From positions 124,001 to 188,000 of the forward strand of contig JAVKOQ020000009.1 in the NCBI GenBank assembly GCA_031835245.2: a stretch of 64,000 bases of DNA. Reading direction: 5' to 3'. Origin of the DNA: Balamuthia mandrillaris. Taxonomy: Eukaryota. The notes below the pieces were generated by a model that was not told where the DNA came from, ran no database searches, and was given only the letters and a program-made list of their open reading frames with translations. Numbering within the stretch: the stretch's first letter is position 1; each line of letters begins with the position of its first letter. The position numbers were made by a program, and so were the translations under genes. This document shows positions 48,941 through 60,866 of this stretch, piece after piece.

Positions 48941-49799
48941 CTTGTTCTTGTTCTTGTTCTTGTTCTTGTTCTTGTTCTTCTTCTTCTTCTTGTTCTTCTT
49001 CTTCTTTCTCTTCTTCTTCTTCTTCCTCTTTCGTCTTCTTCTTCTTCTTCTTCTTCTTCTTCTTGTTCTTGTTCTTCTTCTTCTTCTTCTTCTTCTTCTT
49101 CTTCTTCTTCTTTTCTTCTTCTTCTTCTTCTTCTTCTTCTTCTTCCTCTTTCGTCTTCTGCTTCTCTATCTCACGTTAAGCTTGCAAACAAGGACTTTGC
49201 TTTGGGATTCTTTCTTCTTTGTTCATCTTCACCTCCTGCTTTTCTTCTTCTTCTTCTTCTTCTTCTTGTTTGTTGTTGTTGTGTTCTTCTGCTTCTGCTT
49301 CTGCTTCTTTCTTCTTCGTTCGCCGTTTCTTCATTCTTTGCTTCTTCTCGATCATGTCTCTCTTTCTTCTTTCCTTTCTTCTCATTGTTATGCTATTGTC
49401 GTGCTTTTGCAAAACAAAGGTTTGGTGGATGAAGGAGAGTCCATAGAAGAATGTGCGTTGAGAGAGCTCGTCGAAGAGACAGGGTACTTCGGAGAAGTGC
49501 AGCACGTGGCCCCCATAACAGTGTTAGAGCCCGGACTTACGAACGCCAACACGCGATTGGTCCATGTTACCATAGACGGAGATAGAGCGGAGAATGACCG
49601 ACCGATAGCTAAGCTTGAGGAGGACGAATTCATCGAAACGATGTTGGTCCCTTTGGACAATCTGCTGGCAACTTTGCAAGGCATGAGGGAGGAGAAAGGT
49701 GAGGGAAGAGAAGAAGGAGCAAAGACGACCATTGATTGTAAAGTCTACAGCTTTGCGTTGGGAATGGCTTTTGCTGGTAAGTTTTGCGATGGCAATTGA
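48561..49799 (+). CDS. NUDT5: ADP-ribose/ADP-sugar pyrophosphatase (Nudix, NUDT5-like), 3 exons
   Basis: RTWETTERTT, DG|VDII, KQFRPP..CIEFPA|GLVDEGESIEECALRELVEETGY (Nudix box). Confidence 0.92.
48887..49150. repeat. (TTG)n to (TTC)n intronic microsatellite
   Basis: Direct reading. Confidence 0.95.
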
Positions 49800-50077
49800 A
49801 TGAATGAATGCTCACTATTCTCTGGCTGCTTATCACTCGCTCTCATTATTTTTTTGAAGAGCTGCCCGTCTAAAGTGGCTATATTAATGAAGGGGTAATA
49901 AAGGTACTTATTAAACGAGTTCTCCTTTTTTTAAAACTTTTTCTCTTTTCTGGACTCGCTGCAATGATTAACCTGTTAAAAAGAGAATATTATGAGCTGC
50001 AGCGAGTATAGGAGCAAAGAGAGAGAGAGGGCGGGAGCACCTCTCGCACGCACGGGGATAGAGGGCAAGAAAAAAAA

Positions 50078-52676
50078 ATGGCAAAAAGTAGTTTGAACCA
50101 CGACAAAAGGCATGAAATATGGAAACAGGTTCGTTTCTTTCGCTTCTTCCTTGTCTTTCTTTTCTTCCTTCCTCTTTGTGCTGTGTGTCGAACACGGGGT
50201 TTTTTTTTTTCAAACGTTTCTCACTCTCTTCCTCTGTTCTCTTCCCTGTCCTCCTCTATAACCCCAATATAGAGGCTTTTGGATCCCGAGTTTCAACTCT
50301 TATCCACCGTCTATCGCCACCGCCTGGGCAAGGAGGCCGAGGAACTGGCCACCCACCTCTTCCGCTTCTTCCGGGCCCACCGCAAAGACAAGCAGCTCAT
50401 GGTTTGGGTGACGAAGGAGGAGGTTCGCACCTCCACCTCGGCCGGAGTCATCTTTCGGGAGCAAGGCGTGTTGACCAAGCTGTTGAACATGAATTGTTTC
50501 AACGAGGAGGGCCGAAAGTTTCTGAGGCAGACGGTCGTTCCTTTGGTGGAGGACTTGATAAGAGAAGGACAGTCGCTGGAGGTAAGAAGTTCTCCTCTTC
50601 TCTGCATTCATGTTGTTTCTCAAACCGAACACACAAACGAACAAATAAACAGATCGATCCACAAAAAGCAGGACCCGAAGAAGACGTCAAGAAGAACGAA
50701 GAAACATTGTTGAGCAAGAGCAGAGTGTTTTTGAAGACTCTTTATGTTTCTGTTCATTTGCTCCCAGAGTAACACTTCTTCTCTTCTTCCTCCTTTCCTT
50801 CTCTTCAGTTCACCATTCTCTTCTCCTCGTTTTTTTTCTTCCATTCGCTTTCTCACTTTATGTATCAACAAGAAACTTGGGTGTTGTTATGAAAGAACTG
50901 CAAGAAGCAGTGGGCAAACGTTTTCCTGAACTACGTGCCACCATCGTTCCTTCCATCCTCTTTCTTCGGTTCATCTGTCCTGCTCTCGTCTCTCCACAAC
51001 GTTTCGGCCTCGTTCCAGGTTTGTTGTTTTTGACTCTCTCTCACTCTCTCTTCCTTCCCTCTGCTTCCATTCCTTTTCTCTTAAGAATGTTATCTTAACT
51101 TTTTGTGTCATAAACTTTACAAACAAGAACAACCAAACGGACGGGTAGCTCGTGCTTTGATACTTATATCAAAACTACTAACGAATGTGGCGAATGGCGT
51201 CATTCTCGGCTCTGGCAAGGAGTCCTTCACCAGCTGCTTCGACCCTTTTGTTCGACAGAATCAAGACGACATTCGCGCCTTTGCTCAAGCAATTGTTCGC
51301 AAGGCGGAGGAAAGCCAGTCGAAGCGCTCCGCTGCTTCATTCTCTTCGTCCTCTTCCCTTGCTTCCGTTCAAGCAAACAACAACGAGAAAGAAAAAGACA
51401 AGAAAGAGGACGAAGTGGAGGATGAGGTGGACGAAGAAACGAAAAGGGAACAAGAGGAGGCGTTGACGGCATTGTTGGATTATCTTGCAAGTTGTGTGGA
51501 TAGGAGCGATGCTTCTGATGATTTATTGCCGGATGACTTGACTCTTTCTGTTAGGGTGAGCCATCTCGCTTCTTTCTTGTCTTCTTTTCTCTCCTTCTGG
51601 TTGTTTTCCTTACCAAACGTTTATTTGTTCTAAACTATGGCTTCTTCATTTACCAGAGTTGTTCCGAGCAACTAAGAAAGATGCAAGAGGCCTCCAAAGA
51701 CAACAACTGGAAACTGTTGAAGAAACGCAAGAAGTCAGGAGTTTGTTGTTACATCCGCAAGAAAGCATCACCCGAGTCATCATCAGACCATCATCCAGAC
51801 GAAATCTTTGTAAAAGCAACCGGAACGGTTCCAACTTCTCTCAAAGCTCTTCACAACTTTCTTCTTCTCAACAATTCTCGTCCCACAACCAACAACGAAC
51901 AACATGATGCAAACGACTCCTCTTCTCCTTTTTCTTCACCGCATAAAGCTCGAAGTTCTCCTTCTCTGCACATAACAACAGATGAAAAAGAAGAAACCAA
52001 AGAGTTTTACTTTCCTCTCGTTCCTATACAAGAGTTTGAACCTTTAGATGCGTATAGAAGAGACTATCGGTTAGCTCTCTCTTTGCCTGTTGTTCCCTCC
52101 TCATCAACGATGAAAGCCAGAGATTTTTGTACGACTCGTTATTCGTTTGTGGATCAGCAGCAGCAGCAACAAGAACAAAGCAAAGCTTATTGTTGCTTCT
52201 TCAGCACTTATAGAAAAGATTGTCCGCGTTCGCTTGAGCATTATGTTCGAGGCCAGTTGTTTCGTATGTTTCTCCCTTTTCCATTTCATACTTCTATATC
52301 TTTCTTCTTTCTTCTACCCTCTTCTTTCTGCTTTTTATATCTTCTCTTGTGTTAACTTCTCTTCTTATTCTCTCTTTATGTTTCTCCTCCAGCATCAGGG
52401 CACATCATTGAAGAAATGAAGAAAGACGAAACCAAGGAATGTACATTGACTTATCTATTACACATCAAAACGCTTCATCTCCAACAACACAACAAAAACG
52501 AGCAACCACCGCAACCCCAAGAAAGCAACAACATCGACTCTCTTCGCGATCTTTTAGCGATGGAGTGTGGAAAGATGCTAGAAGCAGTTGTATTCTATTG
52601 GCGAGGCAAGAGAGACGTCTCCCGAAAACGATCCATCAACTTTGTTTTTCATCCGATGAAAAGCAACAACAAAACG

Positions 52677-52710
<34 letters not shown>

Positions 52711-53597
52711 CAAAAGAAACGGCATCAACCTCAACCACAAACGAAAAGAAAGAAGCAAAGGTGACCATATTAACTACAACAACGGAGACACAAGACAAAC
52801 CGAACCGACGACAACGGTCCTCATCGGGCTCAACTCTCCTTCCCACTCCAGCCTTTGTTCAAGCGCGAAGACCCTCGTCTCCTTCTTCGTATTCATCGTC
52901 CTCTTCTCCCACTTCTTCTTCTTCGTTCTTGTCTTCTGAAGCTGTAACGAGAAAAGGAATTGTGGCAGTTGGGAAGATACGTCGTTCCAAGGCACGCAAA
53001 GGAGAGATCCAAGACGCTCTCGAGAAAGAAAGTTGGAAAGTTGGAAGCCTCAAAGAAGAGCAAGAAGAAGGAGAAGGAATAGAAGAAGGAGAAGAAAGCG
53101 ATTCCTCCTCCTCAGCCAATGAAAATGAGGAAGAGAAGGGGAAGGAGGATGAGGAAGAGGAAAGCAGAAAGAAAAGAGCAAAAGAATGGAGAATTGGAGG
53201 AGAGTTTCGGCATTACCACTCACCAAAGCACTTGCAACACGTCGTTCGACCGGGCCATTCCGCTTCTCTTCCCACTGAACGAAGAAGCAAAACTTTGGAA
53301 GAGGAGCGCGATGAGGCAGAGAAGGAGAGAAAGTACAGGACAAAGAAAAAGCTGACACGAAGCCGATCGTTTGATAACTTAACAAACTATTTCGAAGAAA
53401 CGACAAGCGGAGAAGCAGGAGAGATGAGCGAAGGAGAAATGGAGAGACTGAAACTCTCGGGAATCGGCAGCAAAAATGTGTATCGAGGAGGAGTGATGGT
53501 GGTGGCAACGCCGAGAAGAGACAGAACCACTGTGGCCAGCTTGATCACCGCGTTTGAGCAACATAGCCATCAGGACAGGAAGAAGGCCGTCTTATAG
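50078..53597 (+). CDS. RasGAP domain + START-like domain + low-complexity tail, multi-exon
   Basis: IFREQGVLTKLL, FLRFICPALVSP, LISKLLTNVANG (RasGAP); WKLLKK..GVCCY, IFVKATGTV, KARDFCT, YVRGQLF, GHIIEE, CTLTYLLHI (START-like). Confidence 0.8.
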
Positions 53598-53797
53598 CTT
53601 TATTGCGCTTGTATGTTATTTGTAGAAAGTATTTCTGTTTCTCTCTGTTTTTCTCTTCTCATTCTCTTCATAGTTCTCTTCATCATTCCTCTTCCTCTCC
53701 TCTTCTTTTTGTCGTTCTTCTCTGTGTCTCCTTCCATTTTATCGTTATTTTTCTTTTTGCTATATATACTTTTATAGCAATTAAAGAAAGAAAGAAA

Positions 53798-56003
53798 ATG
53801 TCTCTTCGACCAAGTGCATCGCTGTTACCAACGCTGAGTGGTACGCGCTGTTTCTTGCCTTCTCTTCTTCTGTGTGGAAGCATTCACTTTCGTTAACTTT
53901 GAAACAGCAAGGAGAGAAAGTTTTCCAATAACCACAAACCGGAGAAGAAAACGACCACAGCTTCGACGGCTGATCTTTCTTCTAACGCTCGGTCTCGTTC
54001 TCTTTCAACTGCTGGTCTGTTTCTGGTTCTTCGCTATAGTGGAGGATGGCCAAGAAGAGCAGCAACAAGAAAAGGCTCCCCAAGTCGGGGAAGCAACAAC
54101 TACAACAGCAACAGCACAAAAAGAAGAGGAGGACCCAATGTTGAAGAAAGAACAAGAGTTGAGAAGGATGCGAGAAGTTCTTACCATACGAAGGAAGCGG
54201 GCAAAGCTGAGGGAGGGAGGAGAGCGGAACCACAACGAGATGCTGCTTCCGTTTGCAGGGAAGGAGGAGGAGGATAAAGTGGAATGGGACTCAGCGCTGT
54301 GGAGAGAGGATGAGCTTCGCCTGGAGAGGCCTGGAAAGTACGCTTTGCCATCCAAAGTCTCTGCGATGTGTTCGGTACGTCCTGCTTCCCACCGTTGTTT
54401 TCTTTCATTCCTCCCCGTTGCTCTCCTTGAAACTCCTCTTATCGCAACACCAAGCAGAAGGCGATGCCGGAAAGCAGCTCCGTCTGCCAACGCGGCAAGC
54501 GGAGTCAACTGGCCAAAGACCAGAACGACTTTCAGCCTCTGAGCATCGCCGAGGCCAAAGAGTTCTCCTACGCCCCCTTCCTGCTCGACGTGCCCTCCTT
54601 TCTTCATCCCCACCACCGACAATATTGGCTCGAGCTCCCCGATGTTCAACAGCTCATTCGCCACTCTTCCTCCTGTCCCTCCTCCATCTGCCATCTTCTA
54701 ACAACACCAGAAGCAGAAGGGGATAGAGAAGAAGGAGAGGAGAAAGATTCTGCGTTCCTTCTCACGTTTGATCCAAACTCTTACAGGAAGATAGCGTTTT
54801 GGGGCCAGAACTACACGAGAGGGGAAGTAACTGTCGTCAAGAACGGCGTTTGGAGACAGGACAGACCGAAGCTGCGTTGGAAGTCAGCCGATCTGTGCGA
54901 CTGGAACGCGGACTGGCGGTGGATCGTTCCTTCTACGGAAGAGGAAGGAAAAGAACACAAGAAGAGAGTTGCGATAAAGAGAAAGGAAAAGCACGTGAAT
55001 AGGTTGATACTGACGGCGACACCGGAGTCGTGGAGCTTTCAGCATTGGTTGGATGGACTGTTTCCAAAGCTGATTCAGGCTTGGCCTTGGTTTCGTGATG
55101 GCACTGTACGCCGTTATCTCTCTTCTCCTTTCCTTCTGTTCCTTTGCTTCTTCTTTTCTTTTCTGTTCTTGTCTTCTAAGCGGAACATCAACACAGTGGG
55201 ATGTGTTAGGAGAAGGAAGAATGCAACCTACAACACAAAAGCTATGGGACACGATCGGTCTCCACGTTCCGCCTTCAACCGCTGCCGCAAACTACGACAG
55301 CATCTTACAAGAACAGCAAACTGTTATATTGGTGGAAGACGCAACAACAATCTTCACCGCCAACGAGATGCTTTTTCCTTGTGTGGCGCCTGTTTATCAT
55401 CCTTATCTCTGGCATCGAATGCAACACGAGTTACTCGTTTCTCATCAATATGAAGCAGAAGAGAAGGGAGAGGAAGAAGATGAAGGAGAAGGAGAACGTA
55501 ACGTCGTTCTTTATATGTCTCGTGGAAGCGAAGAGGACGATGAAGAAGAGAAGGGAGAAGAGGAAGTGGAAAGAAAACGAACTTTGAAGAAGATGACACG
55601 GAACAAAGAACGAACGATCAGCAACGAGAAAGAACTTCTTCAATCCATCCAACAAGCTCTTCTCGATCGCAACCTCTCCGAACAACTCGTTCTCTTTGAC
55701 GACTTGTTCTCCTCTTTGTCTTCGTCTTCTCTTTCAAAGCTTCACAACTTTCTTCAAAAGAGAGTGAAAGCTCTGATAGGACCTCATGGAGGAGCGTTCT
55801 ATAACATGCGATTCTGTCGAAGAGGAACGTTCATTGTCGAGTTGTTACCGAAGTCCCGTCCGGTATTAACGTTTTGGTGGGAGGCTCGCTTAGGGGGTCA
55901 TCGTTACTGGCTTCTGCCGGTTGAAAGCGATAAAGAAAAGGGTCATCAGATGAAAGCGAATGTTTCGGATATTTATCAGTTGATTCGTTATCATTTGTTC
56001 TGA
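53798..56003 (+). CDS. Type II membrane glycosyltransferase, family 61 (DUF563-like), multi-exon
   Basis: TM LIFLLTLGLVLFQLLVCFWFFAIV; SFQHWLDGLFPKL; RTISNEKEL; LIGPHGGAFYNMRFCRRGTFIVELLP. Confidence 0.82.
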
Positions 56004-56029
56004 GAATAAATAAAAAGAAGAAAGAAGCT

Positions 56030-57953
56030 TTACGTGTTGTTGGTGATGTTGGTTTGAGAAGAAGATAGCGAAGAGGAGGAAGAAGTGGTGAAGAAGATAG
56101 GAGAAGGAAAGTCTCTTCCAGGAGAAGGAGGAGCAGAAGTATTTCTGTCACCGTTTGTTGGGGTAAGAGAAGAGGACGAAGACGTGGAAGGAGAAGAATG
56201 AAATTCGTCTTCCACTTTTGTTTTTGCGTTTGAAGAAAAAGAAGATGAAGAAGGAAGAGAATGGTGAAAAGTGGTTTTAAGTGTAAAGTCATCGTCTTCC
56301 TCTTCATTATCGCTTCCATTTTTGGAAGCAGCGGAAGAAGAGGAGATGGAGGAGAAGGAAGAGAAGGAACTAGTGAAGCCACCACTTTCATGGCCGCTGT
56401 TACTGTGGTTGTGGTGGTTGTGACTCGGAGGAGAGAGAAAACTGTTGAGAAACTCAGAAGTTGGTAATGCTGTCGCCTATATAGGTTCGGTTATATAAAG
56501 TGTGTTAATACTAAACAAAGAAACAAGAAAAAGAAAATAACAACCTTTGCAGCGTTTCTAAATCCAAAGCCCATTCTCGTTCTCCTCCTACTTGTTGTTG
56601 TTGATGCACTTGCTGTTTTCACGTTTGTCGAATTTTTCTTGTTGACAACATTGTCACTCAAGCGACGTCCTATTTTGTCTGTATGATTGTGAAGATCGTA
56701 AAACGCATATGCACTAGTTGATGTTGGTGACGATAAAACTGTGCCTTCTTCATTGTTTTCTTCTCCTTTTTTTGCTTCCACTACACTTCGTTCTTTATCG
56801 CTCGAAGCATTTCTTTGTTTTCTATCGTCAACCTCATTTTCTGTTGATGATATCTTTTCATTTTTGCTTTTCTTGTCTTCGCGATCAGGAAGTATTTGTT
56901 GTTGTTTGTCATCATCCAAGTCGTCGATGAAAGGAATAGAAGAAAGAAGAAAAGAAGAAGAGAGTTGAAGTTGTTGTGAGTTGGAACTTAGATGAGAGTG
57001 AGAGCGAAGCCGAATCTTTCTTTGTTCCGTTTTGCTCACGTTAGTTTCTTCCTCTACGTCTGTTTCTTCTTTTTCTTCTTCTTCTTCGTAAGATTCTTCT
57101 TCGTCATATTCAGTATCAGCTTCATCCGAATCAGTTGCTTCAAAAATATAAGAGGAAGAAGAAGTAAAGTTGCGTGAAGCCTCTTTCTTTCTTCTATGTC
57201 TTCTTCGTTGTTCGTTCTTTCGTTGTTGTACCAGATGCATTATTTCTTTCTCCAAAACAGTGTTTGGAAATGGACTTGATTGGGTTCGTTTCCTCCTGCG
57301 TCTTCTGCTTCTCCTTATCTTAGGTTCTAATCTTTTGTCCCCATCATCTCCTTCTTCTGTTCGTTTCTCTTCTCCACCTCGTTTGGCTTTGTCGATATTG
57401 TTCTGCATGGTGAATGAGCCTATAACGGCCATTTCTGAGATGTTCTCCAAAAGACGTTCCCATTTGGCCATATTTTTGGATAACACCACTTTAATCTGTT
57501 CAAGAGCTATACTCGCTTTCTTTGCTTTTCTGTTTTATAGAGAAAAGAAAGCAACAAGTATAAGCAAAGCAGACATTGAAAAAAACATAAAATACAACAT
57601 ATTAAAAGTGAGAGAAGAAGAAGAAGAAGAAGATGAAGATGAAGAAGAAGAAGAAGAAGAAGAAGAAGAACAAGAACAAGAACAACAAGAAACCTAGGAA
57701 CACAAAGAGCAGTGGCAATGAGCATGAGGCGATTGCAGAGGTCAGAGTATTCGTTCATGCACTGTTGACAAAGCGAAGGCATATCTACACGCAAGTTATC
57801 TCTTTGCAGCAACAAATGGTGTCGGCTTAACTCTTTCAAATCTTTCTCGAGCTTGTTGTAAAACTCCTCTGCCATAATCTTTTTGAGATAAGAGGTAAGA
57901 AAAAATGAACAAAAGGTACGTCATGTCAAGGGAAAAGGAAAGAGAGAGCGAGG

Positions 57954-58001
<48 letters not shown>

Positions 58002-59916
58002 TGACCTGTATTTTGGAAACAGGATTGCGGGAAGTTGTAGGGTGAAGAGGAGAAGAAACTTCGTTCTCGATGGATAGTCTAGCTTCCATCTTTCCATTCT
58101 CCTTATTTTCGTCGGCAGAATATTCAGAATTGGTGATAGCTAGTATCGGAGGAGTAACGTCGAAAGAAGAAGAAACAGAAGACGGGGAAGAAGCAGCTGA
58201 AGAAACGGCTGAAGAGGATGATGAAGAAACAGGAGAAAAGGAAGTGGTTGGAAGCTCGGGAGTAGAAGCGGAATGTGGTCGGCTCATCATTTGATGACGA
58301 CGATAAGCCAATAGAGACGCAGATGAAGAGGATGATGAAGAATGCCGAACAGAAGAAGGCAGAGAAGATGTGTTGTGGAGAGGCATAATTTTGTTGTGGT
58401 AAGCACGATGTTTCGCGTTAGTGGTGGCCATTATTTTCGATTGTTTGATGTTGTAATGTCGACCAGCTCGCTTCGTTCGTTTCTGTTCTTGTAGTTGTTT
58501 TTGAGCGTTGCGTTGGTGAAGAATCTCGCCAACTAAACCGTCTATTGCTTCTTTCACACCTTGTCCTATGTTTTTTAAAAAATGAATTACGAAACGCTCT
58601 GCTGTAATGAAAGTAGAAAGAAACATAATAACGAAAAAAAAAGGAAAATAAGGATGAAGCATGAATGAAGGTTAAATACAAACCAGAACGAGCGCTAGTA
58701 TAGTACCAAAGCGTATAACCGCATCTACGACAATACTTCGATAATATAAAATGAGTACAAGAAGAAAAAAAAGAAAGAGGAAGAAGAAGAGAGAGAAGAA
58801 GAAGGTGGAGAAGAAGAAGAAGGTGGAGAAGAAGAAGAAGATGGAGAAGAAGAACAAGAACAAGAAGTAGTAGTAGAAGTAGAAGAAAAGAGGAAGAAGA
58901 AGAAGCAAAAGAAGAAGCAAGTAAAATAAGAGTACACTTGAAAGATGGTCGTCTTTAATAAGGGACCGCCCTTTGTCAACTTGGTTCGCCAATAGAGCCA
59001 TCGGTAACTCGAACGTACGTCTCTGGCCTAACGCTTTCACCGTTACTCCCAACCACTGATCCACCGCCTTATGAAAGGTGTTTTTGTAAATTGATAATAA
59101 AGAAAACAAAGAATAACGGAAAGAATAGAAAGAGAGAAAGAAGGAAAGATGGAAGGAAAGAAGCGATAAGAAGCGATAAGAAAAGCAAAAATGAGAGAAT
59201 CGAGAATTGAAATGAGAGAGAGAGAGAGAAAGAGAGAGGTTACAGTGAGGTTACGGCTTTGAGCATCCGATTTAGTACAATCAAAGACCATAAGAATGCC
59301 GGCCACGTCCTTGAAAAAGTTGCTGTGGAGCTGTCCATTCACCTTTTCGTTTTGTCGCAAAAGGTTAACACAAGAGACAAAAGAAAAACGGAATGGAAAC
59401 AAAGAGAGAAAGGAAAGGGAAAAAAACAAACCTCAGCGTGAGAGATGTCCCAAAACTGGAGATGAACTTGAGAAGGTAGACCAGGATACTTCTCTTGTCG
59501 GAGTACTTTGACCGTCAGGTCCATCCCTTTTTGATATCAAGCATGATGATGCGTAGGGCGAGGGAGGAGAGGGAGAGAGGAAGAAGAGGGAGAGAGAGAG
59601 AGAGAGAGAGGAAGAAGAAGAATAGGTGAGTTTAAAGCGTAAGAGAGAGGAGATGAGAGAAGAGAGAGAACTGAGAGGACAGAGGAAGAGAGAGAGAGAA
59701 GGAGAGAAAGAGTGAAGGAGTGAGTGAGAGAGAAAGAGCGAGAGGAGCAAAGCGCGAGAAAAGAGAGTAGAGAAGAAAGAACGAAAACCAATAGTAGGGT
59801 CGGAGTGTTTCGTGAAAAGGTCGTAGCAGTAACGCCGCACAACGGACGTCTTTCCTACATTGGGTCCTCCGACAACCTATTTTTTTTTTTTTTGTAAACA
59901 TTCCATCAGATCAATG

Positions 59917-59952
<36 letters not shown>

Positions 59953-60243
59953 AAAAATACCAATAATTTGAGATGTAATTCCGGAGGAATGTCCTCAGCA
60001 GGAGGGGGAGACGAGCGTCGTTGTTGTGGTTGTGGTTTCTTGGCGGAGGTGGAGCGTTCCTCTTTGGAGCTGCCACCACCACCACCAGCAGGTCCGAAGA
60101 AAGAACCCACAAACGGCAAGAAAGACACTGCATAAAAAAAAAGATGCAAAGTAACGGAGATACATTTTTAATCAAAAAAAAACACAAGATCAATTTTTTT
60201 TTTTTGTTGAGGTGAAAGTGGTGGAGGAGAACGAGAACGTACT
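56030..60243 (-). CDS. Atypical Rab/Ras-superfamily GTPase domain with long C-terminal extension, multi-exon
   Basis: LKLL|VVGGPNVGKTSVVRRYC, PTIG|MDLTVK, LQFWDISHAE, GILMVFDCT, LLANQVD; downstream helical and S/E-rich exons; last exon ends at 56030. Confidence 0.7.
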
Positions 60244-60866
60244 ATGAAGCTTCCTTACTTTCTTTGACAACGGCAATGAATGCAAACCAACCAACAAGAA
60301 CAAACTCAACGTTATAGCGACCGAAATATACAAAATTTTTCTTCTTCTGTTTCACCTTTTCGACTTTCTTTTTAATGATGATGTTTTAGGTAACCATAGA
60401 AACAGGATGAAATCAAATGAAACATTTTCCATTTAAAGCATATTTTCCCTTTGATTTTTCCATTTTAAGCATTTGTTCCCTATTTTAGGTACTTCCGTTT
60501 TAAGCAGATCGTTGCCGAACTGCTGCTGAATTCCTGCCGATATGCTGCAGGGTTCGCTGTCGACAGTAATTTGACATGAGGAGCCGAATGTCGACAAATT
60601 ATCCTCAAAAGGAAATTTTCTTTTTCTTTTATTTTAATAAAATAAAAGAAGGAAAGAGAAGGGAAGAAGAAGGAGAGAAAAAGGTTTGTGAGGGAGGAAG
60701 AGAGAGAGAGACACCCTGCGGCAACTCCGTCCCACCCCTCCTCCTACGTATACGCAACCGACAAGACCAAAGCTTATTTCTTGTTTCCGCTCCGTTTATT
60801 TTTATTTTTTCCCCTTTTCCTCTTTTCCCTCTCTTTTGATTTTATTTATTCATTTGAGAAGAGAGA

